Position numbers and translations under genes: made by a program. This document shows, in pieces, positions 12,340 to 27,279 of a stretch of DNA of 64,000 nucleotides. Each line of letters begins with the position of its first letter. Positions within the stretch are counted from its first letter, which is position 1. The notes below the pieces were generated by a model, which had not been told where the DNA came from, did no database searches, and worked only from the letters and a program-made list of their open reading frames with translations. Source of the DNA: Mobula birostris (Eukaryota); the NCBI RefSeq assembly GCF_030028105.1, contig NC_092379.1, positions 27,273,821-27,337,820 of the forward strand, given 5' to 3'.

Positions 12340-15300
12340 AAGAAAGGCAGTTAAAAAAAAAAACTTCTTCGAGTGCAAGAAGGACGATACTGCGCAGGTG
12401 CGTGACGTAACAGGACAGAGTGGAGTGTTCAAAAAGGAGAACTCCCTATACAGTGGGCAGCTGTCGGAGCGGGCAGCAGAATGAGTGGTAGCAGAGTGTA
12501 GAGCTTTGGCTTCAACGGGCTTTGGCGGTAAACGGGAAGAGGCGAGAGCGAAGCACCAACTCTTTTTTTTTTTCTTCCCCCCTCCCCACCCCCTTTTCGC
12601 GAATCGCCCGGACAGCTAACGGTTTAAAGAAGTTCGTCTGTTCGGCGAGGTAAGTGGGTGAGAAGACTTTTTTTCCCCTGTTTCATTGCTGTAGAATTAG
12701 ATTGCATGCCTGCAGGGTTAGTGCTTTGTTCAGGGTGTCAGATGTGGGAATCCTGGGAGATCTCCAGCCTCCCTGATGGCCACATCTGCGCCAGGTGCAC
12801 CGAGAGGCAGCTCCTCAGAGACCGCGTTATGTATCTGGAGCTGCAGCTTGATGACCTACTGCTTAACAGAAAAAAGTGCAGAGGTGATAGACAGGAGCTA
12901 CAGGGAGGTAGTCATTCCTAGGCTGCCGGGGTCAGAAAACTGGGTCACTGTCAAGAGCGGGAAGGGAAATGCCCGGATAGTGGAGAGCAAACCTGTGGCT
13001 GTCCCCCTCGGCAACAGATATCTTGTTCTAGATGCTGTTCAGGGGGATGACCTGACAGGGGACGCCCACGGTGAGCAGGTCTCTGGCTTGAACCTGGAGC
13101 TGTTGTGCAGGAGGGAAGGAGGGAGAAGAGGAATGCGGCAGTCATAGGGGATTCCATAGTTATTTAACGGACAGGAGATTCAGTGAGCCTGACAGAGATA
13201 CCAGCATGGTTTGTTGCATCCCAGGTGCCAGGGTACGGGATGTCGCGGATCGGGTCCAGAATATTCTGAAAGGGAGCGCGGGCAACCAGTTGTCTTGGTA
13301 CATGTCGGTACCAATGACATAGATAGGACAAGGGAGGAGGTCCTGAAGAGAGATTTCTGGGAGTTAAGAAGGATGCAGAGAAGCAGGATCTTCAGGGTAG
13401 TAATCTCGGGCTAGCGAGGGCAAGAATAGTAGGATCAGGCAGATGAATGCATAGGGGAAAGTATGACCTTTTCAAAATGGACAGGTTACACTGAACCAGA
13501 AGGGACCAATATCCCGGCGGGGAGGTTTAATAGAGCTGTTAGGGAGGGTTTAAACCAATTTGACAGGGGGTATGAGAACCGGAATGATAGAGCGGGGAGA
13601 GGGGGAAACGGAAATAAATCTAAGATAGTGAGCAGGATAGATGTCAGGAAGGACAGGCAGGTGATGGGGCAAACTTGTAACCATTGGAATGAGTTGCAGT
13701 GCAATAAAGGTACAGTGAAATCAAAGCGAAAAGTACCAGATACTGGTCTTGGAGTGTTATTCTTAAATGCATGCAGCATAAGGAATAAGGCGGATGATCT
13801 TGTCGTACAGTTACAGGCTGGCAGGTATTATACCGTGGCCATCGCTGAGACGTGGCGAAAAGCATCCATGTTTCTGGGAGTTGAGCGTCCAAAGATACAC
13901 GGTGTATAGGAAGGTTAGGAAGGTGGGCAGAGGGGGAGGCGTGGCTTTATTGGTAAGAAATTATATTAAATTATTAGATAGCGGTGATATAGGATCGGAA
14001 GGTGCAGAATCTTTATGGATTGAGCTAAGAAATCGCAGGGGTAAAGGGATGCTGATGGCAGTTATTTTAGGCCCCCAGACAGCCGCAGTGATGTGGAATC
14101 CAAATTACATTAGTAGTAGAGGCTTGTCGGAAGGGCAGTGTTATGATAAATGTGGGGGATTTGAACATGCCAGTGTATTGAGAAAATCAGGTCGGCACTG
14201 GATCTCAAGAGAGAGAATTTGTAGAATGTCTGCGAGATGGCTTTTTCGAACAGCTTGTTGTGAGCCCACTAGGGGATCGGCAGTACTGGATTGGGTATTG
14301 TGTAATGAACGGGCGGCGATTAGAGAGATTTAGGTGAAAGAACCCTTAGGGGGCGGTGATCATAACATTATAGATTTCACTGTGAAATTTGAAAAAGAGA
14401 AGCCGAAATCTGCTGTGTCGGTATTTCAGTGGAGTAAAGGAAATTACAGTGGCATGAGACAGGAATTGGTCAAAGTTGACTGGAAAGGGACATTAGTGTC
14501 AAGGACGGTAGAGCAACAGTGGCTGGAGTTTAGCGAGATGTGAGGAAGGTGGAACACAGGTATATACCAAAAAAGAAGACATTTTGGAATGGAAAAAGGA
14601 TGCAACAGTGGTTGACAAGAGATGTCAAAACAAAACAAAAAAAAAAAGCAAAGGAGAGGGCATACAAGGAAGAGGTAACATAGTGGGAAGACAGATGATT
14701 GGGAAGTGTTTAAAAGCTTACAAAAGGAAACTAAGAAAGTCATCAAGAGGGAAAAGATTAACTATGAAAGGAAGCTAGCAAATCACATCAAAGAGGATAC
14801 TAAAAGCTTTTTCAAGTATCTAAAGAGAAAAAAAAAAAACAGGTGAGAGTAGATATAGGACCAATAGAAAATGATGCTGGAGAATTTGTAATGGAAGATA
14901 AGGAGATGGCGGAGGAACTGACCGAGTATTTTGCATCAGTCTTCACTGAGGAAGACATCAGCAGTATACCGGACATTCAAGGGTGGCAGGGAAGGGAAGT
15001 GTGCGCAGTTACTATAGAGAAAGTCCTCAGGAAGCTGAATAGTCTAAAGATAGATAAATCTCCTGGAGCAGATGGAATGCACCAGCGTGTTCTGAAGGAT
15101 GTAGCTGTGGACATTGTGGAGGCATTACCGATGATCTTTCAGAAGTCGACAGATTCTAGCATGGTTCCACAGGACGGCAAGATTGAAAATGTCACTCCGC
15201 TATCTAAGAAGGGGACACGGAGGCACAAATGAAATTATAGACCTGTTAGCTGACATCGGTGGTTGGGAAGTTGTTGAAGGCGATTGTCAAGGATGAAGGT

Positions 15301-16652
15301 ACAGAGTACCTGGAGGCATATGACAAGATAGGCAGAACTCAGAATGGATTCCTTAAAGGAAAATCCTGCCTGACAAACTTATTACCAATTTTAGAGGAAA
15401 CTACAAGTAGGCTAGACAAGGGAGATGCAGTGGATGCTGTATATTTGGATTTCCTGAAGGCCTTTAACAAGGTGCCACACATGAGGCTACTTAACAAGAT
15501 AAAAGTCCATGGAATTACGGGAAAGTTACATACGTCGTTAGAGCGTTTGCAGATTGGCAAGAAACAGAGAGTGGGAATAAAGGGATCCTATTCTCATTGG
15601 CTGCCGGGTACCAGTGGTGTTCCACAGGGGTCCGTGTTGGGCCGCTTCTTTTTACATTGTACATCAACGATTTGGATTATGGAATAGATGGCTTTGTGGC
15701 TAAGTTTGCTGACGATACGAAGATTGGTGGAAGGGCCAGTAGTGCTCAGGAAACAAAGAGTCTGCAATGAAACTTCGATAGATTGGAAGAATGGGCAAAG
15801 AAGTGGCGAACGAAATACAATATTAGAAAGTGTATGGTTATGCACTTTGGCAGAAGAAATAAACGGGCAGACAATTATTTAGATGAGGAAAGAATTCAAA
15901 GTTCAGAGATGCAACGGGGCTTGGTAGTCCTCGTACAGCATACTCTTAAGATTAACCTCCAGGTTGAGTCAGTGGTGAAGATGGCGATTACAATGTTGGC
16001 ATTCATTTCTAGAGGAATAGAGCATAGGAGTAGGGATGTGATGTTGAGGCTCTATAAGGCGATGGTGAGACCACACTTGGAGTACTGTGGGCAGTTTTGG
16101 TCTCCTTGTTTAAGAAAGGATGTGTTGATGTTGGAGCGGGCACAGAGAAGAGTCACTAGAATGATTCCGGGAATGAGAGGGTTAACATATGAGTGACGTG
16201 GGTCCGCTCATGGACTGTATTCCCAGGATTTTAGAAGAATGAGGGGAGACCTCATAGAAACATTTCGAATGTTGATAGGCATGCAAAGAGTAGATGGGGC
16301 AAAGTCGTTTCACATTATGGGGGTGTCTAGTACGAGAGGGCATGAGTTAAAGATTGAAGGGCGCCTATTCAGAACAGAAATGCGATTTTTTTTTTTTTTT
16401 TTTTAGCCAGCGGGTGCTGAATCTATGGAATTTGTTGCCACCCGAGCAGTGGAGGCCAAGTCATTGGGTGTATTTAAGGCACAGATTGATATGTATCTGA
16501 GTAGCCAGGTCATCAAAGGTTATGGTGAGAAGGCGGGGGAGTGAGACTAAATGAGAGAATGGATCAGCTCATGATAAACTGGCAGAGCAGACTCGATGGT
16601 CCGAATGGCCGACTTCTTCTCCTTTGTCTTATGGGCTTATGGTCTTATGGTC
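12340..16652 (+). mobile_element. Near full-length, inactivated CR1 LINE (5'UTR, ORF1 zinc finger plus SGNH esterase, ORF2 APE endonuclease plus RT)
   Basis: ORF1 C..CQMW..HICARC and VVLVHVGTNDI; ORF2 LFLNACSIRNK, DKSPGADGMH, VYLDFLKAFNKVPH, GVPQGSVLG, RPHLEYCGQFWSP; (cttatgg)n tail at ~16628-16652. Multiple frameshifts. Confidence 0.92.
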
Positions 16653-17877
16653 TAAACGAGGTCAAATTATTGTCAGAAGTTTCCTGTTAATGCTTCAATA
16701 AGGAATTAAGACGTTTTGAACCACTGCTGTATAGAGCAGGTTAAAGAATGTAACTATCCTGTCATCAAGCACAGCCTGAAGGTTTTGACAGTGCTCAATG
16801 ACGAGTTGCACTAACTGTGCCGACGATATTGGGGATAAATGGTTTGCAGATTACGAACGCATTCGGATACACTGGAAATGATGGATTACATATTTTCAAG
16901 TCAACAACAGGATACATTCTCAATCGCGAGTACGTCGAATCAGAAATTATAGATTGTTTTATTCCACCATGTAAACTTGTTTTTTTCCGACTAATTACAC
17001 CACACTGACACGTGCTGATACTGCCTATTGTACCGATCACACAACACGTAATATATGTCCTTCTCTCTCGAGCGTTTTTTTTCTTCAATTATACACTTCG
17101 TAAATACTGTCAACAAGCCACTGACAATTGATCTCATAGCCAATTCATTTCTAATACATCCCACTCACTGTGGAAAATTTCCCGTCATCTTCCATTGGAA
17201 TATATTCACACTTTTCCTAAAACAAATGAATCTCTCTTTGTCTACCCCCGTCATTTTATGTAATTCAACGACATCCCTTCTTACTTACCTCCGATCATTG
17301 GAGAACAAACTTGTTGTCGAAATTCTCTGCTAATACTGCTTCATCTCATGCAGTATCTGGTGAATCTACTCTGATCCTCTCCAGCGACAATTTCCTGTAT
17401 CCCAGTTAGCAGAACTACGCGCAGCCCTCCAACATATGTCTGACCAATATCCGTACTTCATAAATTACGATTATAATCTCGCATTTATCTACTCACTACA
17501 CATATTCATGAAGGTTACTATCTCACCTCAAACCTGCGCTGCCGCTTTTACGAAACTACGTGATATCCTTGCCCGCGTAGGTCTATGGAATACGTAGTCC
17601 CGTCTCGCCGAGCAAATTAAATTGTGACCGCTCTGCCACAGCAAACCCAGGATTATGTGGATGCTGTGAAATTTCATACCCTGTTACAAATCATTGCCAA
17701 TTCACAACCGCATCTTCATAAGATTAAAGGGATTACATTTATAAATCCTACCTAAATATTTAGTAAAGAAAAAAAAAGATCAAAAATGACCAATTACTAT
17801 TAAACACTAAAACAGATCCTGATATGATCTCGGCGCATTGGTGCACGGAATGAGGCCAACGTAAAAGCATGACACTG

Positions 17878-18660
17878 ACACGGAGGGAGCGTAATCAAAA
17901 GAGTGTTTATTAATGGTTCCGAGGAAGGCCGGGGAGCAAGGATCAGGCAGAGGAAAGCCGAAGAGTGAGCGAGGCTGGACCGGCGATCGAACCCTGGTTC
18001 GGGGAGAACGCAGCGTTTAAACACTGTGCCAGCGGAGAGTGTAAGTGGACAGCGGGACGAGGCAGTACAGGTATGCGGACAAGGCGATGATCGTGGCTGG
18101 GAGAGAGCCGTGGGTGGCATGCCATGCTCCTGTAAACACGGAGAGAGAGAGAGAGTTAACACAGGGTATCAGAGCGTAAACAGAACTTAGAATACACAAT
18201 TCTAAGCGGTTGAGAGACACAGTTAACACAGGCTTACAGCGCGGATGAAAGGAAGAGCAGGAGGTCGACAAAACTTTCTTGTCACAGGGCGTAGCTGGAA
18301 CTGAAAGGGGAACTGGGGACAGGCGGCAGGGAACACTTATCTTGACAGCCAGCGTTTAATGGAAAGGCAAAAGGCAGACAATTTTCTTTTCGGCACAGGG
18401 AGTTTATGGAACTGAGCGGCAAGCAAGACACAGGCGGCAGACAGCACTTATCATGATACGGAGCGTTAAATGGAAAGGGAATCGGCAGGCTATTCAATCT
18501 TGAAACGGAGAGACAGAGTTCCACAGCTAAACTTCGGTACTGAAGTAAAACTTAGAATACGTATCTTGACACGGAGAGCCAGAGTTACACAGGTAATCCT
18601 TGGTACTGAAGGAAAACTTCGAATACTTAGCTTACCACGGAGAGACTGAGATTCACATTG
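17878..18660 (-). mobile_element. LTR-like remnant with internal tandem repeats
   Basis: tgacacggagggagc..gtgtttatta resembles an LTR 3' end with polyA signal on the minus strand. Internal repeats: cacttatc..atggaaagg twice, and acggagac.gag..cacag..ggtactgaag..aaacttagaatac about three times. Confidence 0.45.
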
Positions 18661-18984
18661 TCTGGATTAACGGTCTGTCAATCAGTGATGCAAAGGCGTT
18701 TTTTTTATAACTGCAGGTCTTGATAAGAATCAGGTGTGTCGTAATCAAATACAAAAGTTTCGGTCAAGACAATGGCACGCCTGGATCCTTCGAAACACGA
18801 AATGCCACACGACTAGTTCTCTCTAGTCTTTAATCTATTCATCTCCCACTCACATTCTTTCGCACTCGTTATCTCTAACCATAACCCAAATACTGCTTCT
18901 ACAGAAACACCATTACGTTAGCAGTGAAACGTTTTCCAGGCTGTATACATTCCGTCACCAAAGTTAGTCATGTCCTCATGATTT

Positions 18985-20230
18985 TGAATCAGAATCAGAT
19001 TCATAAACAGGTCTATTATCTCTGGAACCTGTCATGGAATTAGTTTACTTAGCAGTAACAGTACAGTGCAATACATATATAAAAGAGTAAAATATTTTAT
19101 AATAATAAGGAAATCAAACACATTATCTGGATATTGAATGGATTAAAATCGTGCAAAAAACAAATAATATATATATATTTAAAAAGTGAGGCACTGTTCA
19201 AAGTTTAAATATCCATTTAGCAATCTGATGACAAAGTTGAATAAGTTACTCCTGAATCGGAGGGAGAGCCTTCAGGCTTCTGTACCTCCTACCTGATGGC
19301 AGCAGTGAGGAAAGAGCAATCCCTGGGTGATGGAGGCCTTAATAATGGACGCTGCCTTTCTGAGACACCGCTCCTCGATGGTGTCCTGGGTACTTTGCAG
19401 GCTAGTACCCATGACGGAACCGACTAAATTCACAACTCTTTCCAGCTGTTTTTGGTCCTGCGCAGTAGTCTCCCCATAACAGACAGTTGTGTGGCCGATC
19501 ATAAGGCTCTCCTCGGTACGTCGATTGAATTTATTAAATGTATTTTGACATACCAAATCTCTTCAAGGTCCCAATGAAGTAGTAGTTGTTTTGCCTCCCT
19601 TATAATTGCATTGAAGAGTTGGGACCAGGTTGGAACTTTCGAGATCTTGACGCACAGTAACTTGAAACTGCTCACCTCTCTACTTCTGATCCAACTATCA
19701 GGATTGGTAAGAGTCCCTTCGTCTTTCCCTTCCTGAAGTCAACAATCTGTTATTTCGTCTTATTGACGTTGAATGCCAAGTTGTTGCTCCGACTCCACTG
19801 CACTAGTTGGCATATCTCGCTCCTGTACGCCCTCTCGTCACCATCTGAGATTTCTACCAACATTGGTTATATCATCAGCAAATTTATGGAGGGTATTTGA
19901 ATTACGCGTAACCACACAGTCATTAGTATATGGAGAGTAGAGCAGTGGGCTGAGAGAACAACATTGAGATACACCAGTGTTGAGTATCAGCGAGGAGGAT
20001 ATGTCATCACCAATCCGCACAGATTGTGGTTTTCCAGTTAGGAACTCAAGGATCCAATTTCAGAGGGAGATACTGAGGCCCAGGCTCCGTAATTTCTCAA
20101 TTAGTGTTGTGGGAATAATGGTATTAAATGCTAAACTAGAGCGGATGAACTGCATCCTAACAAAACTGTTTATTTTGTGCAGGTGTTCTAAATCCGTGTG
20201 AAGAGTCATTGAAATGTGGAAGGTTACCCT
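18985..20230 (-). mobile_element. Rex1/Babar-like LINE 3' fragment
   Basis: [39 protein letters not shown] (ORF 19838..20020) and KQLERVVNL (ORF 19272..19556); (ctgatt)n tail seen as aatcagaatcag at ~18987. Confidence 0.8.
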
Positions 20231-20299
20231 TCATACAAAGCCCAGATGTAAAAGTCTCTGTCACAGCTCACCATGGGGATAGGTGCCACGCACTGTTCC

Positions 20300-23200
20300 C
20301 CGGGTGCAACAAAACCAATCGCTTTGGGATTCTGCTGACTTTTTGTGATTCCTTAATATACCATCTACTTCAGCAGCGTCTGGCACTCACCCTAATCTGA
20401 GGGAACTCCTCCCTGTCCATTACTCGTGCCTCCGAGCTACTCAGGTCCCCACGTCACTTGGTTGAGCTTACCTTCGTACGCAGTTATTTTGAGTTCGGTC
20501 TCCCGTCTCCCTACCGAACACCACAACCCCACCCCCCTCCCGCCGTTTCACCAGTCTCGGCAAGAGTAGAGTTGTTAATCTCTACGTCAATTTCTGGGTA
20601 CTTTACGAGGGGCAGCTTATACCACAAACGCTTTCCTTCATCCTCCGAGTCCGTACTATCGTCAGGGGTGCGGTCCACTCTAACCCTTTCCGTTCCAGCT
20701 GCGTCGGTACCCCACTTAACCCCGTCACTTCTTGCCAGGCGTGGGGTCCAGATCAGGCTCTGGGTCAACGCGTACTGCTTGTCCGAGAGATAGAAGTTGG
20801 TTCCGATGGAGAATCTCGATTGACCTATTCTATCCTCTGTTTTCACCGGGAAAACCGGTAGGTTAGATATCTGACGCTCCATTACCTAGCTTACAGCTGC
20901 CCAGCGAAACCCAACTTATACTTCACAGGTGGCCCCAAATTGACTTGAACTTACTTTATTACTTTTATCCTTCATATACATGAAGAGTAGGTTTTTTTTT
21001 ACTTTACATCTCCGTCTAAATGTACAATTTGCAATTTACAGTAATTTGGAAATAAATAGTACGTACAACAGGACTGTCAATATAACACAGTAATACAATT
21101 ATATCAGCATGAAATAATCAGTCTGATATCCTGGTGAAATAAGTTGTCCGCAGAGCCTTTTGGTCCGAGTGTTCATGCTGCGGTACAGTTTCTGGGATGG
21201 TTGCAGCTGGCACAGTTTGGTGTTGGGGTGAATCGGGTCCCCAATTCACATCTGTGCTACACAAGATCCAGCGACACAAGGCAAGGAGAAGGCCGAGAAC
21301 TCTGAGCTTTTTATGGAGTCTGGAGGGAATTATGGTGGTGAACGCTGGACTGTATTCCAAGCACTGTATTCTCACATGACCATTCTTCTTCTCTATATGT
21401 GTCAGGACGGTGTGTAGAGCTGTGGCTAATGTGTCGGCTGTCGATCGGTTGTGAGGGTAGGTAAATTCTATGGGTCTAACATGGGTGACAACATACTGCA
21501 GATGAGTCCTTAAACAGCATCTCAAGGCATTTGCTTATTATTGAGGTGCATGCGACAGGACACAGGACACAAGCCGCTCATATATGTTGCGTTGGTCTTT
21601 CTAAGTGCCAGAAGAATGGTGATGTTTTAAAGCTGGAGGACCCTTATAACTGGGAGACGCAGAGGTTAAAAATGTGTGTAAACAAACGTGCTAGCTGTTA
21701 TAAATCCATTAGAAGCACTCGGTCTCTGGCCATTAGTTGGGAGAACCTAACCTTTTGATTATAGGTCCTCTTACTTCCCTGATTCTGCTTGGTGGCCGAG
21801 ACCTCAGGTAGTTCATAAGCCTTCTTCCTCTCATATCAGACACACACTTCACATAAGATATTTGTTGTAGGTCTTCACCACCAGTCCTAAAACAGAGGTA
21901 ACGCGCCCAGACACCAGATGATATCGCTCGTAGCCGGTACCTTCATTTTGTGTACAGTTGTAGCAGTGGACCAGATAGCTTATATATTAAGTTCACTTGT
22001 TCTTTTAAGGGATCTCCAAGGTTCTGAGCATGCCTAGCAAGATCCGATTGAACCGCTTGGCCTTAGTTCCAAGCATGCTCAATAACTCATGCATGATCCT
22101 ACACTCGAAATTCCGGCAAAAAACAAACGAAATACTTCTTCCACAACACTGACTACGGTGGACGCCTTCTGATCCAAGACAGGGAAGGCTTGTGCATATC
22201 TGGTGTAGTGATCTGTAGCAAACAAGACATTCATATACTTCTGGCATCAGACTCTATTGAGAGAAAATCCATACACAGCACATCAAGTGGCCCCGTACGC
22301 TGCAAGTGAGACAGGGGATGGGCCTCGTAGGCAGCGTTTTCCTCTTGAAACTTCGAATACACGGCTTACTGAGCTCTTCGACCTCCGGCTTCGGTCGCAG
22401 TAAGGAGAACCGATATCTGAGCAGACCATAGCCCTTGCAACCCCCAAAATTGCCGGAATTATCATGAAGGGACATCAACTTAGTCTTCCAATACTTCTCA
22501 GGCAGAACTATCTGGTAACTCCATGGTCGGTCTGGAGGAGACAATGCCGGTATAGAACCTGGTTCCTCAACTCCAATATGGGCCGTTCTCTCAGTAATCC
22601 ATACACCGCAGAGTGTTTCATAATGTCTGCTTGGATAGTTTCGCCTTTCGCTTCGCGTGCAGGTCGGGAACTGCACGCCTGCTCAGCGTCCGAAAATCCA
22701 CACACATCTGTACCTCAGCATTCCTCTTTATCCCCACCACCTGTGGAGATACAAGATATATTTCTGTACCCAGTGATGAATCCAGAGTCCTTCAACTTTC
22801 TCATATGCTGCCGAACGTCAGCCCCATCCGCAGGCACCGGTCGCCCCCACCATTCCCTGAATGAGGTACTCTTTGTCACCCGGGTGGTTAGCGAGTGGTC
22901 TCAGAACTACCCACATCAAACTCATGAACAGACAATACATCTTCCAGCTTCATCAACTTCTCTTATAACCTCTTCTTCCAACCTTCAGGTGGAATCTGGC
23001 AAGTTGAATGACTCGGCAGTCATCTACCCCTTTTTTTGGGAAAGAGCTTCTCTCGGGCTTGTCTCGCATGGACACCAGACATTACCGTCTCCCCCGCGTG
23101 AAGGAGAACTCCCTCTCTGATATTTTTTCTCTCCCAGACAATAATTGTCATCCTGTTAACCAGTAGAACCGAGATGTACTTCAGTTCGGGCCTTGACAGT

Positions 23201-24200
23201 ATACCTGCAGCAAAGCATGACTCCTCTTTGTGCTCTTCCAGAGTATCAATAAAACAGGAGCTCGGCATCATGCCTTCCTGGAATTTGTTTATTGATTGAT
23301 TGATTGATTGATTGACTGATTTCCGTCACTCTAGTGGATTACCCAGGCCGTAATTCGAGTGGATTGGACTGGGCGTACAAGCCCTCGGTTATGATCACCC
23401 ACCAGGCCAGAGCGCCCATGCGCTTCTTTAAATACAGGTCGGAGTACAGGGTGAATAGACAATGTTTTCAGAATGCTCTCTCCAACTTTCCCCTTGCAGG
23501 GTCTCATGTGCCTCCCTAGCATATGTGTATTTGTCCACATAAGAATTGATGCTTCGCCATTCTCGATCGGATTCGGCCAAACCTACAGTAAAGGATCAAA
23601 GACCTCGGTTACTCCCATACCTGCCTCCAAAAAAATCCAGCATCAACGGAAAGAAACCATCATACGGATAGTCATCTGAGCTAATACTCCAGATCTCTCG
23701 CGCACTGATTTGCGTCAATGGTAAATGCTTCAAAATACTGTTTGTAAACAAGCCGAAGGTTATCGAGCTACACTTCCAGTTATACAGTCTCTAAAGATCT
23801 GCATTTGAATGTCCCTGGCGCAGATGTAGCAATCGTAGCGACTGGAAGTCTCCTGAAAGTCCCACAGCTGACACCCAGAACGAAACACCGGCTCAGTAAA
23901 CATGCAGCTGAATAATAACTAAGGCATGCCCTTACAATGACTCCGCCTGAAATGAAATAAGCCTTGTTAAGCCAAAACGTTACTATACTGCGTCAGACTA
24001 TTCCTACAACGACCTCTCCCACGATTACTAGTTCTCTAGGCGGTAACTCTCTTTTATAGAAACTGGATTCTCCGTCGAAAATCTTTGTAGAACATGCATG
24101 GGAATGCTCCGGTTGCGTCAGTGCAGCACTGCGATCAACCAGTCCCGTCGAGAAAATGCTGTTATTTTTAATCTATTTCTCCGTCCTGCTTGGTAACGCT
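20300..24200 (-). mobile_element. Degenerate Ty3/gypsy pol (integrase region), interrupted by a Rex-like fragment
   Basis: LPEKYWKTKLMSLHDNSGNFG..YGLLRYRF..CIRSFKRKT (IN zinc finger, ORF 22254..22676), IN-core remnant 22005..22247, and C-terminal LPVFPVKTED..DSTDSEDE (ORF 20511..20882). Outer limits are approximate. Confidence 0.65.
20940..21530 (-). mobile_element. Internally deleted Rex1/Babar-like LINE fragment
   Basis: FTYPHNRSTADTLATALHTVLTH..AFTTIIPSRLHKKLRVLGL (ORF 21118..21525) with its own 3' tail near 20945. Confidence 0.7.
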
Positions 24201-24959
24201 CCAATTTTGTCTGCTCAATACTCCACTGAACTCCCTGAATTAAAAACATAGAAATATAGATAAGCTACAGAGCAATACCGGCACAGCGACCCATAATGCT
24301 GTCCCGAACATGCACTTTCATTAGAATTACCCACAGCCCTCTACTTTTCTAAGCTCCATAGGGCAGAAGTCTGCAGTGATCGAAGGCTGACGCCATTTTC
24401 GTATCAGTTAAAGAAGGTTCGCACCCACCAATGAGATGCAAGCTTTATGCATAGGAATATTGTGATTCATGCGATCAGTTTTGCATAGCCCCTCGATGGC
24501 ACGTCACGATTTCTTCAGCTCCTTAACAATGCTGAGGGTCAATGTTCTACTGTTGCGTTGGCATGTTGTTAGGTAACATTCCGACAAGTTTGCAATTCAT
24601 TGCAAAGTATTGTTCGGAACAGTGCTTTAGACAAGTGACAAATAATCTTTCAGTATTACCTTGATTTTCCAGATGACATCGATGGGGATTATGCCATTTG
24701 AAATTCCATTTTGATCAGCAACATTCTACTTTTTCTATCTCTCACCCGTGCCTAGCAAAGCGCTCGTTACATTTTCAATAAACTGTGTTAAAATGTTTTC
24801 TGCATTTGCCGTTTCTTGACACTGCATGGTCTTAAAAGATGCAATCAGAAGTTATGCCTCAACGGAGCGTTTGACCATCGTTAGCATTATGAAAACATGA
24901 AATATCTTGTAGAACTGTGATATTCCCGGTCTCCTTTTTTTTATATAATTTCTCATTAA

Positions 24960-26130
24960 ACCATAGAATCATTGAAACCACAAGACAGAAACAGGCCTTT
25001 TGGCCCTTCTTGGCTGTGCCGAACCATTTTCTGCCCAGTCCCACTGACCTGCACACGGACCATATCCCTCCATACACCTCTCACCCATGTATCTGTCCAA
25101 TTTACTCTTAAATGTTAAAAAAAAAGAACCCGCATTTACCACCTCGTCTGGTTGCTCATTCCATACTCCCACCACTCTCTGTGTGAAGAAGGCCCCCCTA
25201 ATGTTCCCTTTAAACTTTACCCTCCTCACCCTTAACCCATGTCCTCGTTTTTTTTTTTTCCTCCCCTTGCCTCAGTGGAAAAAGCCTGCTTGCATTCACT
25301 CTGTCTATACCCGTCATAATTTTATATACCTCTATCAAATCTCCCCTCATTCTTCTCCGCTCCAGGGAATAAAGTCCTAACCTATTCAACCTTTCTCTGT
25401 AACTGAGTTTCTGAAGTCCCGGCAACAACCTTGTAAACCTTCTCTGTACCCTTTCAAATTTATATATATCCTTCCTGTAATTTGGTGACCAGAACTGAAC
25501 ACAATACTCCAGTTTCGGCCTCACAAATGCCTTATGCAACTTCATCATAACATTCCTGCTCTTATACTCAATACTTCGATTAATAAAGGCCAATGTACCA
25601 AAAGCTCTCTTTACGACCCTATCTACCTGTGACGGCACTTTTAGGGAATGTTGTATCTGTATTCCCAGATCCCTCTGTTCCACTGCACTCCTCAGTGCCT
25701 TACCATTAACCCTGTATGTTCTACCTTGGTTTGTCCTTCCAACGTGCAATACCTCACACTTGTCTGCATTAAACTCCATCTGCCATTTTTCAGCCCATTT
25801 TTCTAGCTGGTCCAAGTCCCTCTGCAGGCTCTGAAAACCTTCCTCGCTGTCTACTACACCTCTAATCTTTGTATCATCTGCAAATTTGCTGATCCAATTT
25901 ACCACATTATCATCCAGATCATTGATATAGATGACAAATAACAATGGACCCAGGACTGACCCCTGTAACACACCATTAATCCCAGGCCTCCACTCGGAGA
26001 AGCAATTCTCTACTACCACTCTTTGGCTCCTTCCATTGAGCCAATGTCTGATCCAATTTACCACCTCTCCATGTATACCTAGCGACTGAATTTTCCTAAC
26101 TAACCTCCCATGAAGGACCTTGTCAAAGTC
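24960..26130 (-). mobile_element. CR1 LINE 3' fragment with a 284-aa open RT segment
   Basis: ORF 25210..26064: GVLQGSVLGPLLF.IYINDLD, KFADDTK, RPKLEYCVQFWSP, RRRMRGDLIEVYK. Confidence 0.92.
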
Positions 26131-27279
26131 TCCTTCTCCTACCTAGCTTGAAGCATGTACGAGTTATAAGAGTATCAATGTTGAATACAATAGTTTCTCG
26201 TACTTACTTTTATTAGAATGGGGTGGCGAAGACTCAATGGAAAATTCAGAGTTCGAATCTACGCCAACACAATCACTGCACCATATTGACACCATTAGGC
26301 ATCAGACCACTGCGTAAATAACTAATTTCAAATATCCATGGCTGGATTACAAAACATCAAATAAAGATTCCATGGGACAATTATATGCAACGTTACAGAC
26401 ACACTGAATTTAGAGTGAACTACTAATTTTAAAAATCTGCTGACACTTGCGATCCAGTTCTGGCAAGAAGAAGGCACCATCGCTATAATCTGAATTGTCT
26501 CTTCACACATGGACTCATAAAGCTGTTGGCTCGATTAGAAGATTTCGAAGAAATATGACAATTGGGTCTACGTGCCTGCAACGACTCGATGTGTAAACTG
26601 AACACACTGAAGTATATAAATGAAACGGCACAATCTCAATATCGTAGAGAGAGAAAAAAAAAAAAAACATTTGCAATGCTTGCACAGGCTTGACGCAAAC
26701 TGAAGAGGGTATAGTGTTAATTTGCGAGGAAGCAAGTTAAAGAAATACTGCACAGTGAGTGTTTCTTTAATCTGCAGTGAACGTGGTTTATATCCCAAAC
26801 TCGCAGTCACAGAGCGTGAAACAAAGTGGGGCAATTTCTGTAGTTTAGCTGGTTAATTTGGAAAAGGAAAGAGGGCTTATACAGAACATAGGAAGATGGA
26901 GTTTGGATAGAATGGTATAAACAAGCCAGATTTGTCATGGTGGGCAGAACTTATCGTTTCTTTGCGGTAGATTGTTTGGACTCTGAGACTCTTATGAAAT
27001 TTTGTTTGAGGTTCACTTACATACAATGAAAAATTCAAACAATCTGAAGCCGACACAGAATGAACTAGAACCTCGTCTGTGCAGTTTGTCTCTTGAACAT
27101 AGTCTGCGATGGCTGATTTTACTCCAAGAAACGACACTGACTTCTTTGCTTTGGACCTTACAAAAAGAAAGAGAAAAAAATAAAACACAGCTCCATTATT
27201 TCGAACGACTTTTGCCTTTAAATTTTATATGCAGCTGAATCTTTATGAACTGAGGAAGTAAGCTATATCCGGTCTCGCA

